From the NCBI GenBank assembly GCA_004211975.1, contig RXIK01000114.1, positions 1 to 57,853 on the forward strand: a stretch of 57,853 bases of DNA. The letters are read 5' to 3'. The notes beneath the pieces were generated by a model. That model did no database searches and was not told where the DNA came from. It was given only the letters and a program-made list of their open reading frames with translations. This DNA comes from Methanosarcinales archaeon. GTDB taxonomy: Archaea > Halobacteriota > Methanosarcinia > Methanosarcinales > Methanogasteraceae. Within the stretch, counting starts at the first letter, position 1, and every line of letters starts with the position of its first letter. Positions 9,277-18,050 of this stretch are shown piece after piece. Both the position numbers and the translations under genes were made by a program.

Positions 9277-10479
9277 ATGGGAACAACATTAGCAACAGGG
9301 TTGGGCAAGGGCGCATATAGTGTCATAGCGGCTGAAAAAGCTGTTCAGCATGCGAAAGATAAGTTGGGCGGAGGTCATGTTGACCTATCGATTGTGTATT
9401 CATCCAGTGACTATGATTATCAAGCGGTGGTTGATACGGTACGAGCAGCCACGGGCAATGCACCTCTGATCGGCTGCTCGTCATCAGGCGAGTTTACCGA
9501 GGAGCACGTGGAACAAGGAAGTGTTGCTGTTGGCTTGATCGTTTCGGATGATATCAAGTTCGCAACAGCGATCGCGGATGGCGTGAAAGAAGATCCGGAG
9601 CGTGCAGTGAGAACGGTCGCAAACAAACTTCCGCTGAAAGTGAGGGATTATCCATACCTATCTGCTGTTTTCCTCATTGATGGGCTGGCAGGGGTCGGCG
9701 AGGAGATGGCGGTGCTGGCAGCCATAGTCTTCAACCAGACATTCGGTACGAACGTGAAACTTGCAGGTGGTGCTGCGGGTGATGACCTGAAATTCAAAGA
9801 GACGTTCGTCTTCTCTGATGACCGCATAGCAACCGATGCGGTAAGTGTATGTCTCTTCGCTTCAAAAAAGCCGCTTTACACCGGTGTGCAGCATGGTCAC
9901 ACACCCCTAAGCGAGCTATTACGGGTAACCAGAGCCGAGGGATGTGTGTTGCATGAAATTGATGGACGACCCGCATGGGACGTGTGGAAAGAGAGGACTG
10001 CAAAAGCAGCCAGCAAGATTGGCATTGATGTCGGAGCGATCGAGGGGGTGGACATAGGAGCGCACCTGATCAGGTTTGAACTCGGTTTACCGGATGTGGG
10101 TGAACAGTACAAGATACGAGTGCCGCTTGGCAAGAATGAAGACGGTTCCTTAAATTTCGGCTGCGCCATCCCCGAAGGCGTCACTTTTCGCATAATGGAG
10201 AGCGAGAAAGAGAATCAGATCGTATCCGCGAGAGTTGCAGCGGAAATGGCGAAGGAGAATTCCGGTGATAGCGAAATTGCAGGTGTGATTGTCTTTGACT
10301 GCGTATGCAGACACTTGATTCTGAGCGATGAGTTCTACAGGGGTGTAGACCAGTTCAAGGATGTACTTGGAGATGTTCCTGTACTTGGCTGGGAGACGTA
10401 TGGCGAGATCTGCATGGAACCCGGGCAGTTCAGCGGTTTTCATAACACCACGTCGGTAGTCTTGATCATACCACGGTAA
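9277..10479 (+). CDS. Stand-alone FIST (FIST_N + FIST_C) domain protein
   Basis: 400 aa. The motifs LIGCSSSGEF, KLAGGAAGDD and LGWETYGEI, and the length, fit the FIST sensory fold. No output domain. Confidence 0.6.
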   Translation: MGTTLATGLGKGAYSVIAAEKAVQHAKDKLGGGHVDLSIVYSSSDYDYQAVVDTVRAATGNAPLIGCSSSGEFTEEHVEQGSVAVGLIVSDDIKFATAIADGVKEDPERAVRTVANKLPLKVRDYPYLSAVFLIDGLAGVGEEMAVLAAIVFNQTFGTNVKLAGGAAGDDLKFKETFVFSDDRIATDAVSVCLFASKKPLYTGVQHGHTPLSELLRVTRAEGCVLHEIDGRPAWDVWKERTAKAASKIGIDVGAIEGVDIGAHLIRFELGLPDVGEQYKIRVPLGKNEDGSLNFGCAIPEGVTFRIMESEKENQIVSARVAAEMAKENSGDSEIAGVIVFDCVCRHLILSDEFYRGVDQFKDVLGDVPVLGWETYGEICMEPGQFSGFHNTTSVVLIIPR

Positions 10480-10509
10480 GAATTGGGGATATTATCATGA
10501 CACCGACTT

Positions 10510-11673
10510 ATGCAGTCTGCGCAAAGGGGCGGGATCGTAAAAATCACCGGGGATGACTACAAACAGGAACCAGAGAGACGGTGCAAAATGTTTGAAATAA
10601 AGAAAAGTGAGTTGATAGGGGCTTATGCATCGAATATGGGTGCAACATCTGCCGAGGAGTTAATCGAGAGGAAGATAAAAGACGCACACCTCGAATCAAA
10701 AGAAACTTACACGAGAGAGGAAATTGCACGGGTATGCAGTGAATTAATGCGGGTTGGGGGCTTAATCAAAATACTTGCTCAAAATTTTCTCGTTCAACTG
10801 GAGTATGTGGCACGAGAAGAACTGGAAAAACTGGTGCAGGAAAGAACCAGGGAACTCACCGAGACAAATGAAGCGCTGAATAGAGCAAAACAGTATTTCC
10901 AGACACTCTTTTCCACAATGATTGATCCAGTAGTCATAATCGATAGCAAAGGCGTATTTGTGGAGGCTACTGATAATGTGGAAGATGTCACAGGATTTAC
11001 AAAGGAGGAGCTACTGGGCGGAAGTTTCCTTGAAACCGGAATCATGACCGAAGAAAGTAACGCCGTGATATCAGAGAATCTGGCGAAACGGATGGCGGGA
11101 GTGAATGTTGCCCCGTGCGAGGTCGAGGTGCTCACAAAAGACGGGAGAAAACTACCTTTTGAGGTGAATGCGGCACAGATCATCCATATAAACCAACCCG
11201 CAGACATGCTGATATTCAGGGACATTACCGAGCGCAAAAGACTTGAGCGAGAGTTACAGCAGGCGTTTGACAGACTAAAAGCAGCTTATGAGGAGTTATC
11301 CATCCCTGTGATTCAGGTGTGGGCTGGTGTGCTCGTGCTCCCGATCATAGGCGTTCTTGACACCGAGCGGATCAACCGGTTGATGGAGACGATGCTTACA
11401 AAGATTGTCGAGACACAATCAAGAGTTGTGATAATCGACGTAACAGGCGTGCGTTCCATTGATACAAATGTTGCAAACCATCTGATCAATGTCACAAAGG
11501 CGGCAAAGCTGCTTGGCACAAGGTGCATCGTCACAGGAATAAAGCCCGGAACTGCGCACACGCTTGTCGGGCTTGGCGTGGATATGTCAGGGATCACAAC
11601 GAAACGGTCGATGCAGGACGGGCTAAAGTCTGCGCTGCAGATCGCAGGAGCAGGGGGGTTGATGAGTGAATGA
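10510..11673 (+). CDS. Sensor: unknown N-domain + coiled coil + PAS + RsbR-type STAS
   Basis: One PAS-like block ends in DITERK. The STAS domain is nearly identical to that of 7322..9172. Alternative start at ATG 10588 (MFEIKK). Confidence 0.75.
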   Translation: MQSAQRGGIVKITGDDYKQEPERRCKMFEIKKSELIGAYASNMGATSAEELIERKIKDAHLESKETYTREEIARVCSELMRVGGLIKILAQNFLVQLEYVAREELEKLVQERTRELTETNEALNRAKQYFQTLFSTMIDPVVIIDSKGVFVEATDNVEDVTGFTKEELLGGSFLETGIMTEESNAVISENLAKRMAGVNVAPCEVEVLTKDGRKLPFEVNAAQIIHINQPADMLIFRDITERKRLERELQQAFDRLKAAYEELSIPVIQVWAGVLVLPIIGVLDTERINRLMETMLTKIVETQSRVVIIDVTGVRSIDTNVANHLINVTKAAKLLGTRCIVTGIKPGTAHTLVGLGVDMSGITTKRSMQDGLKSALQIAGAGGLMSE

Positions 11674-12829
11674 AACAAAGGAAAAGTGGCGGACTCTGAT
11701 TGAAAAGATACCGATCGGGGTCCTGTTGGTCGATTGCAACCGAAAGATCAGGGACCTCAACAAATCCGCCGTGGACATGATTGGCAGAGAAAAGGCGGAG
11801 ATTCTCGGCAAGGTATGCCACGAGTTCGTCTGCCCAATGGCACAGAATGACTGCCCGGTCTATGATCACGGAAAGACTCTTGACCGTGCAGAGGCGGTGC
11901 TTCTCTCAAAAGACCGCGGGGAGGTTGCAATCGAGAAGACAGTGACAACGATCGTGGTGGATGGTGAAGAGATGCTTCTTGAGATGTTCTCTGACATCAC
12001 AAGGCGAAAAGCCGCGGAAGAATCGCTTCGGGAGAGTGAAGAACGGTTCCGGGCAATCTTTGAGACGGCTCAGGACTCAATCTTCATCAAGGATCGCTCG
12101 TTTAGATATACTCAGGCGAATCCGGCGATGGAAAAACTTTTCGGAGCCCCGGTCTCAGAACTTCTCGGGCGAACGGATGATGAGCTTTTCGGAGAGACTG
12201 CGGGAGCGCACATCAGGGACGTGGACTCGCGAGTTCTTGGTGGGGAGATAATCGATGAGACGGACACCAAGCCGATGGACGGGGTTTTAAGAACGTTTCA
12301 CACAATCAAGGTGCCGATACGGGATAGTTCCGGGGAGATTGTGGGGTTGTGCGGCATTGCCCGCGACATCACCCGGCAGAAGGAACTTGAGCGGAAGCTG
12401 CAAATTTCGTTTGACAAACTGATGAACTCTTATGGGGCGCTTGCAATCCCTGTGATTCAGGCTCATGATGGCGTGCTCGTAATCCCGATCGTGGGCGTTC
12501 TCGATGACATGCGCATCAACAAGTTGACAGAGACGATGCTACACAAGATTGCTGACATGAGGTCATTGGTCGCGATACTCGATCTCACAGCCGTCCGGTC
12601 AATCGACAGTGATGTTGCACACCGCCTGCTTGAGACGGTTGCTGCGTCACGGCTTCTTGGGACAGAGTGCATCCTCACAGGAATCGGTCCGGAGGTTGCG
12701 GCGGCAACGGTGCGGCTGGGCATGGATGAGATGAATATCGTGACACGCGGAAGCTTGCAGGAGGGACTTGCGTATGCGATACGGAGGGTTGGTGGAGGTA
12801 ACAGAGCGCCCGGAGGTTTGCGCAGATGA
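11666..12829 (+). CDS. Sensor: 2 PAS (first with CHEFVCPMAQNDCP Cys motif) + RsbR-type STAS
   Basis: GTG start overlaps the stop of the upstream gene by 8 nt. PAS-like blocks end in DITRRK and DITRQK. STAS: LAIPVIQAHDGVLVIPIVGVLDDMRINKL...ILDLTAVRSIDS...LTGIGPEVAAATVRLG. Confidence 0.7.
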   Translation: MNETKEKWRTLIEKIPIGVLLVDCNRKIRDLNKSAVDMIGREKAEILGKVCHEFVCPMAQNDCPVYDHGKTLDRAEAVLLSKDRGEVAIEKTVTTIVVDGEEMLLEMFSDITRRKAAEESLRESEERFRAIFETAQDSIFIKDRSFRYTQANPAMEKLFGAPVSELLGRTDDELFGETAGAHIRDVDSRVLGGEIIDETDTKPMDGVLRTFHTIKVPIRDSSGEIVGLCGIARDITRQKELERKLQISFDKLMNSYGALAIPVIQAHDGVLVIPIVGVLDDMRINKLTETMLHKIADMRSLVAILDLTAVRSIDSDVAHRLLETVAASRLLGTECILTGIGPEVAAATVRLGMDEMNIVTRGSLQEGLAYAIRRVGGGNRAPGGLRR

Positions 12830-14412
12830 AGATCCAGACCCGGGTTCTTGCCGTGCTGATTATCACCATCCTGATCACAGGCGCGGTGGGCATTATAGCG
12901 AGCAATGTTGTCTCAAGAGCGATCGCGGAAGATGTGATCTGCAATCATCTGGTGACAACTGTGCAATCACGAGCAAATCATATCGAGACGTTTCTGGATA
13001 TGAACAAGCAGAAGGTTGAAAGAACAGCAAATGGTGCAATTATCAGAGATCTCCTGACAACAGACGTGGATGATGATTGCTATGTTGCACAGTATGAAAG
13101 AGTGACTGCGCGTCTACATGCCCTGGCAGCAACCGACGACACGATCTGTGAAATCTTGCTTCTTAACCGGAACGGGACTGTTGTCGCCTCAACTGACGAG
13201 TCGATTGTTGGGAGCGATAAAAGTTCGGAGGATATTTTCCTGGAAGGGCGCAAACAAACTTATGTGGGTGATGTTCATGCGTGTAAAAACACCGGAAAAT
13301 CGGTTATGCTATTTTCCGCCCCAGTAATCAAGAATGCGGAGATGGTGGGAGTCATAGTCACGAGCATACGAATGGACGACCTGGACGCAATCACAACAGA
13401 CAGGACAGGTCTTGGTGAGACCGGGGAGATATACATCCTGAACATGGACGGGTACATGATAACACCCTCGCGGTTTACGAGTGACACGTTCCTGAAACAG
13501 AAGGTTGCAACAGGGCATCTCGGGGATACGCCTGAAAACCTCAAAAATATAGGGGAAGGCGAATACGGACATGAGCTCATCACCTGCAAGAATTATCTGG
13601 GAACAAATGTTATCAGGACGCATACGCACATAAATGAGCTGGGCTGGACCGTGGTCGCTGAGATGAGCGAAGAAGAAGCGTTTACTCAGGTTACCGGGCT
13701 TGCGCGCACGATGCTCATAATTCTCACCGTTCTCATGGTTGGCGGGGCAGTATGTTCCATCATCATCTCCGGAACACTGACAGAACCAATTCTCAGGCTA
13801 TCCCGAGGTGCTGAGAAGATCGAAAAAGGAGATCTCGATTACAAAGTCGGAACAGACTCTGATAATGAGATCGGGGACCTCTCACGATCCATCGACCGGA
13901 TGACCGGTGAACTCAAGAGATCAAAGATGGAACTGGAGGCGCACAACGCAAGCCTTGAGGCGCAGGTCACGGAGCGAACCAGAAAACTCACTGAATCAGA
14001 GGAATACCTAAAAGAACTCGTTGACAAGCTGCGAATCTCGCAGGAAAGCTTGTCTGCACCGGTTGTTCAGCTCGAGGACGGAATCCTTGCGCTGCCACTA
14101 ATCGGGATGATCGATGAACACAGGATCGCAACGATCATGGAGACACTGCTCTCCAGGATCACAGAAACACAGTCCGATGTCGTGATACTGGACGTAACAG
14201 GCGTTCACGAGATCGATACGTATGTGACCAGTCAACTGATCCGGATTGTCAGAGCCACGCAACTACTTGGCGCAACATGCATCGTCACAGGAGTGCGTCC
14301 CGAGTCTGCGCACACGCTCGTTGAGCTTGGCGTGGACACGTCAGAACTCCTGACACGACGGACACTGCAGGACGGCATCAGGTATGCACAGAAGATTGTG
14401 GGGGGCGAATAA
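12826..14412 (+). CDS. Membrane sensor: TM + extracytoplasmic Cache-like domain + TM + HAMP + coiled coil + RsbR-type STAS
   Basis: ATGA start/stop overlap at 12826-12829. Hydrophobic helices VLAVLIITILITGAVGIIASNVV and MLIILTVLMVGGAVCSIIISGTL flank a ~270-aa domain. HAMP-like PILRLSRGAEKIEKGDLDYKV...IGDLSRSIDRMTGELK. STAS: LSAPVVQLEDGILALPLIGMIDEHR...ILDVTGVHEIDT...VTGVRPESAHTLVELG. Confidence 0.75.
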   Translation: MKIQTRVLAVLIITILITGAVGIIASNVVSRAIAEDVICNHLVTTVQSRANHIETFLDMNKQKVERTANGAIIRDLLTTDVDDDCYVAQYERVTARLHALAATDDTICEILLLNRNGTVVASTDESIVGSDKSSEDIFLEGRKQTYVGDVHACKNTGKSVMLFSAPVIKNAEMVGVIVTSIRMDDLDAITTDRTGLGETGEIYILNMDGYMITPSRFTSDTFLKQKVATGHLGDTPENLKNIGEGEYGHELITCKNYLGTNVIRTHTHINELGWTVVAEMSEEEAFTQVTGLARTMLIILTVLMVGGAVCSIIISGTLTEPILRLSRGAEKIEKGDLDYKVGTDSDNEIGDLSRSIDRMTGELKRSKMELEAHNASLEAQVTERTRKLTESEEYLKELVDKLRISQESLSAPVVQLEDGILALPLIGMIDEHRIATIMETLLSRITETQSDVVILDVTGVHEIDTYVTSQLIRIVRATQLLGATCIVTGVRPESAHTLVELGVDTSELLTRRTLQDGIRYAQKIVGGE

Positions 14413-14459
14413 GAAGACAAAGACGAATAACAGGTCTGCTGCGGCACCGACCAAAACAT

Positions 14460-14515
14460 GGGGTGCAAGAGGCGCAGAAATCCCCGCATTGTTAATGCGG
14501 GGATGAATGCACCCC
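14460..14515 (+). terminator. Two-tier stem-loop immediately downstream of the STAS gene array (candidate terminator or RNA element)
   Basis: Outer stem ggggtgca 14460-14467 / tgcacccc 14508-14515. Inner perfect 10-bp stem atccccgcat 14480-14489 / atgcggggat 14495-14504 with loop tgtta. No oligo-T tract, so terminator function is uncertain. Confidence 0.3.
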
Positions 14516-14630
14516 ACACATCTGTTACCAAAACACTTAAGCCGCGTTAACCGGACGTATCCGCACACCGCGTGACCACGCGGGAAGCGCCTGCTATAGA
14601 TGTCGTCAATGGATGAATCAATGAATCAGG

Positions 14631-14867
14631 GTAACTGCGCAGGTATGGTGATTAGTCGCCCGATTGCGATTCGGTACTTTCTGGTAAGAAAAAATAACCG
14701 CTGAGGGCGCAGAGGATCGCAGAGTAGTTAACCGTTTATTTCCACTCCGCGTCCCTCTGCACACTCTACGGTTAAATTTCCGGTTTGGTTATAGTATTCA
14801 CTACATCCCGGATGGTTCCTGCATAGCGAAGTCCCTTGATAGTGGTTTTAGGTACCTGAGTAGTTAC
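14631..14867 (+). mobile_element. MITE family B, copy 2 (237 bp)
   Basis: Same element as 5519-5756. TIRs gtaactgcgcag ... ctgagtagttac. Perfect 8-bp direct duplication gaatcagg at 14623-14630 and 14868-14875. Confidence 0.85.
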
Positions 14868-14937
14868 GAATCAGGAAAGATTCCTCGCAATTCATTGCGG
14901 GGATGATGTCAAGAACACAGAGAACCAACTGTTAAAC

Positions 14938-15540
14938 GTGACTCGCATAAACCCGGGCGACTTCGGAATCCTCAACGGAATCTCTGAAGTGATCGCAACA
15001 ACAAGATCGGAATCAGGCGTTCCGAATGCAGCACCCATCGGCATCATCAGAAACAATGGCAGCCATAGTAGCGGCGACGACCAAATCTGTGTGCGACTCT
15101 TTTCCGGATCGCACACGCGCCAAAACGTTATTGAAACGGGCGAAATCGTTGCAAACACCATCCATGATCCGGTTATATATGTAGAGTCCACGTTCGACGA
15201 TCTCGATCCGGACATGTTCAAATATCCTGATAATAAGGGGTGCCCTGCCCTTAAACACGCTGATGCGTGGCTGCTGTTTACGTGCAAGCAGTCAAAAGGG
15301 AACCTGTTTGATTTAACCCCTGTAAAAGGAGTGGTCTGCAACACACCAATGATATGCGTGAACCGGGGGTTTAATGCAGTCATTGAATCACTAGTACACG
15401 CCACGCGGTACCAGTTGAAGCAGGACCCAAAATATCTTGAATTGATCCGGCATCACGCGCAAATTATCCAGGTATGCGGTGGAACCCGCGAGAAAACGGC
15501 AATCATAAAACTTAAAGAGATCATGGAGGAACTGTCATGA
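14938..15540 (+). CDS. DUF447-like FMN-binding split-barrel protein (putative)
   Basis: 200-aa ORF with GTG start. EVIATTRSESGVPNAAPIGI resembles the flavin-reductase-like/DUF447 N-terminus common in methanogens. Assignment is from memory. Confidence 0.45.
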   Translation: MTRINPGDFGILNGISEVIATTRSESGVPNAAPIGIIRNNGSHSSGDDQICVRLFSGSHTRQNVIETGEIVANTIHDPVIYVESTFDDLDPDMFKYPDNKGCPALKHADAWLLFTCKQSKGNLFDLTPVKGVVCNTPMICVNRGFNAVIESLVHATRYQLKQDPKYLELIRHHAQIIQVCGGTREKTAIIKLKEIMEELS

Positions 15541-16391
15541 AATCAAAACTCGAATGTGTCCCCTGCCTTCTGAAACAATCGCTCAACGCCACCGAGGTGG
15601 TGACTGACGACCCAGTAGTACAGGAAAAAGTGTTGAAATCAGTGATGACCGTACTACAGGACATGCCGCTTAACAAGAGTCCACCAGCCATTGCGCACGC
15701 CGTGTACTCCATAGTACACAACATCACTGGCTGCGATGATCCGTACAGCGCACTTAAAGCAGAATACAACACCATTGCGATGGAGATGTACCCGTGCCTC
15801 AAGGAAATCGTAGACAAATCGGAAGACCGACTTTTTACCGCGATAAAACTTGCAATTGCCGGAAACATCATTGACTTCGGGGCAGACATCCAGTTCAACA
15901 TCAGAACAACAATAAAAGACACCTTAACACGAGAATTTGCAATAAACAACTATCCCGAGTTTATGGAATCACTCGAAAAAGCAGAGAACATCCTATACCT
16001 TGCAGACAATGCCGGCGAAGTGGTTTTTGATCGAATACTCATTGAAGAACTCAACGATCATGCCAATATCATATATGCCGTCAAAAAAAGTCCGATCATC
16101 AACGACGCAACAACAGACGACGCAACATTCTGTGGAATAGACCCACTCGCAGAAATCGTCACAACCGCGGATACGCCGGGCACGCTCCTTGAACGATGCG
16201 ACCCCGAGTTTGTTGCCACATACCGATCAGCTGACATGATCATCAGCAAAGGACAGGGAAACTATGAATCACTAAGCGAAGAGGACGGCAACATCTTCTT
16301 CATGCTGCTTGCAAAATGCCCTGTGATCGCAGCCGATCTTGGCGTCAAACTAAGGGACGCGGTGCTAAAACACAAGAGCGATACAACATGA
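15537..16391 (+). CDS. DUF89 (ARMT1-like damage-control phosphatase) family protein
   Basis: ATGA overlap with the upstream gene. N-terminal CVPCLLKQ, then GNIIDFG, LADNAGEVVFD and SKGQGNYESL motifs typical of DUF89. Confidence 0.6.
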   Translation: MKSKLECVPCLLKQSLNATEVVTDDPVVQEKVLKSVMTVLQDMPLNKSPPAIAHAVYSIVHNITGCDDPYSALKAEYNTIAMEMYPCLKEIVDKSEDRLFTAIKLAIAGNIIDFGADIQFNIRTTIKDTLTREFAINNYPEFMESLEKAENILYLADNAGEVVFDRILIEELNDHANIIYAVKKSPIINDATTDDATFCGIDPLAEIVTTADTPGTLLERCDPEFVATYRSADMIISKGQGNYESLSEEDGNIFFMLLAKCPVIAADLGVKLRDAVLKHKSDTT

Positions 16392-16518
16392 AAACACGGC
16401 ATGAACCAGAGCACAGAGAAAAAACAACCCTCCATGACCTGCGATCAAGCTTCTTTACCATAAACCCCTCCACCCGGAAGAAATCAAAAAGCCACCAGTT
16501 AAAAGCAAGACAACTCTG

Positions 16519-17766
16519 TCATGAGGCGGCTACGTGAACACTTCCAAGTATCTGTCCCCCATGCGTTGTTACAGAGAACCACTCAATTCTCCCGCCGTGT
16601 CGTACGGCATACTCATCCCGTTCCTTCGCATATCCAAAGTCAAGCAGCCCGAATAACTTGAGTGCTGGCATGATTTGCCCTGCAAAGATACTTATGGCGA
16701 GAAAATTCACCAGCAGATATGTTGCAACCTCGCCCTCGCCCCCAATCTTCATGCTGATCCTCCGCGTCTCCTCAACAAAATCATATCTTCTGCCCGGCTC
16801 ACACATTGCAAGGTGTGCAGCGATAACATCCTGTGGCGACTGCACCCCATCAAAGCCAGCAGAACACATTGATGACAACAATTGGTTCCACTCCGCCAGA
16901 TTCCAGAGCGCATCAAAGAGCACAACAAACTGCTCTTTTGGCGAGAGGTCCCCAAAAACATTGATCCGAGGGGTTATACTCAGCCTGTTTTTCTCGTTCA
17001 CAAAAGCAAGGTCCAGGGATGTAGCAAGACTATAAAAAAGATGAATGGTTCGTGAATCAGGCTGGTTTGCGCGGCTCTTCAGCTCTTCCGGACTTTTCAT
17101 CAGTTTATTCAGTGCAAAAAGATCTTTTCTGCGGATAAAACTGTTTGCAGTTGTCAGTTTCATGCTATCATTCGAGACGAGATACCGCAGAAATACCTGG
17201 AAATCATCAAGAACTGCTGTCTTGCCCGATATATCCCCCTCCGTGAACGCCTGGCTAATCACTGAATCCACATCGAAGGGCGCGGTTTCATCCGTTACAT
17301 CTTCCACAACACCACCATCAAGACTACCGAATAACCATCGCTCATAATCCGCATCCCACGTGTCAGAATAAGGATCAAGCTCAGAGTACTCATCAAGCCT
17401 GCAAACATATCTCTCAGGGTTTTTGCAGGCATCAAGAACATCATCCAGCTCTTCATCATCCAGATGCCCTCTTTCATGGAGAAACCTGTAGAACTTCTTG
17501 AATGATGCAGGAACCCGGAGAAGAGCACTTCTGCTGCTTGCAACCTTTCTAATATACCAGCACCCCAAATATTCCTCAATATCCACCCCGGTAACCTCCA
17601 TAAGGGTGCCCAGCGCGTATCCTTCAAGATACGTCGCGAACAAATCAATCTCGCTGGCGTGATTTGACGCAGTATTTCTGTTAAGCCCTTTCTCCACGGT
17701 CAGATACCTATGAAATGATGTAATAAGTTCTTCAGCTTCAGCACCCGGTTCATCGTCACCCGTCAT
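16519..17766 (-). CDS. Protein with integrase SAM-like (core-binding) N-terminal domain and ~300-aa unrecognised C-terminal region
   Basis: Residues ~15-105 (FHRYLTVEKGLNRNTASNHASEIDLFATYLEG...VTGVDIEEYL...SALLRVPASFKKFYRFLHERGHL) follow the Xer/phage-integrase N-domain pattern. I see no R..HxxR..Y catalytic motifs downstream. Confidence 0.5.
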   Translation of the reverse strand: MTGDDEPGAEAEELITSFHRYLTVEKGLNRNTASNHASEIDLFATYLEGYALGTLMEVTGVDIEEYLGCWYIRKVASSRSALLRVPASFKKFYRFLHERGHLDDEELDDVLDACKNPERYVCRLDEYSELDPYSDTWDADYERWLFGSLDGGVVEDVTDETAPFDVDSVISQAFTEGDISGKTAVLDDFQVFLRYLVSNDSMKLTTANSFIRRKDLFALNKLMKSPEELKSRANQPDSRTIHLFYSLATSLDLAFVNEKNRLSITPRINVFGDLSPKEQFVVLFDALWNLAEWNQLLSSMCSAGFDGVQSPQDVIAAHLAMCEPGRRYDFVEETRRISMKIGGEGEVATYLLVNFLAISIFAGQIMPALKLFGLLDFGYAKERDEYAVRHGGRIEWFSVTTHGGQILGSVHVAAS

Positions 17767-17914
17767 AAGAAACCTCCATTACAGACCGCACTATTCGCCA
17801 TAACGTTGTGTTTGGCTTTTGTGCAAAAGTCTGGGTTAATCAGTACCAATGTTTTGCCAACACCTTTAATAGTTTTATGTTAACTACTCACCCACGCAGC
17901 CAGATGGCATAAAC

Positions 17915-18050
17915 AAGACTTTTAATTTTTTTCTGGTCGGTTGAACAACATGATACCAATCCTGCAAACAGTGGCATGATATGACTTCCGAAATCAGTGT
18001 TAATCTGTGGCTAAAAGTTTCATTTATCACCAATTAACACATATTACTCC
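17915..18050 (-). mobile_element. MITE family A, copy 4 (partial, degenerate, inverted orientation)
   Basis: aagacttttaattttt ttctggtcggttgaacaacatgataccaatcctgcaaacagtggcatgatatgacttccgaaatcag matches the reverse complement of the right arm of copies 1 and 3. The hairpin is degenerate, and its loop is in the opposite orientation relative to the arm. Confidence 0.65.

Noticed and set aside
6404-14412. Declaring a complete stressosome (RsbR-RsbS-RsbT)
   Set aside because: Only RsbR-like proteins are present in the window. No single-domain STAS, GHKL kinase or PP2C phosphatase ORF is visible, so only a stressosome-like sensor array can be claimed.
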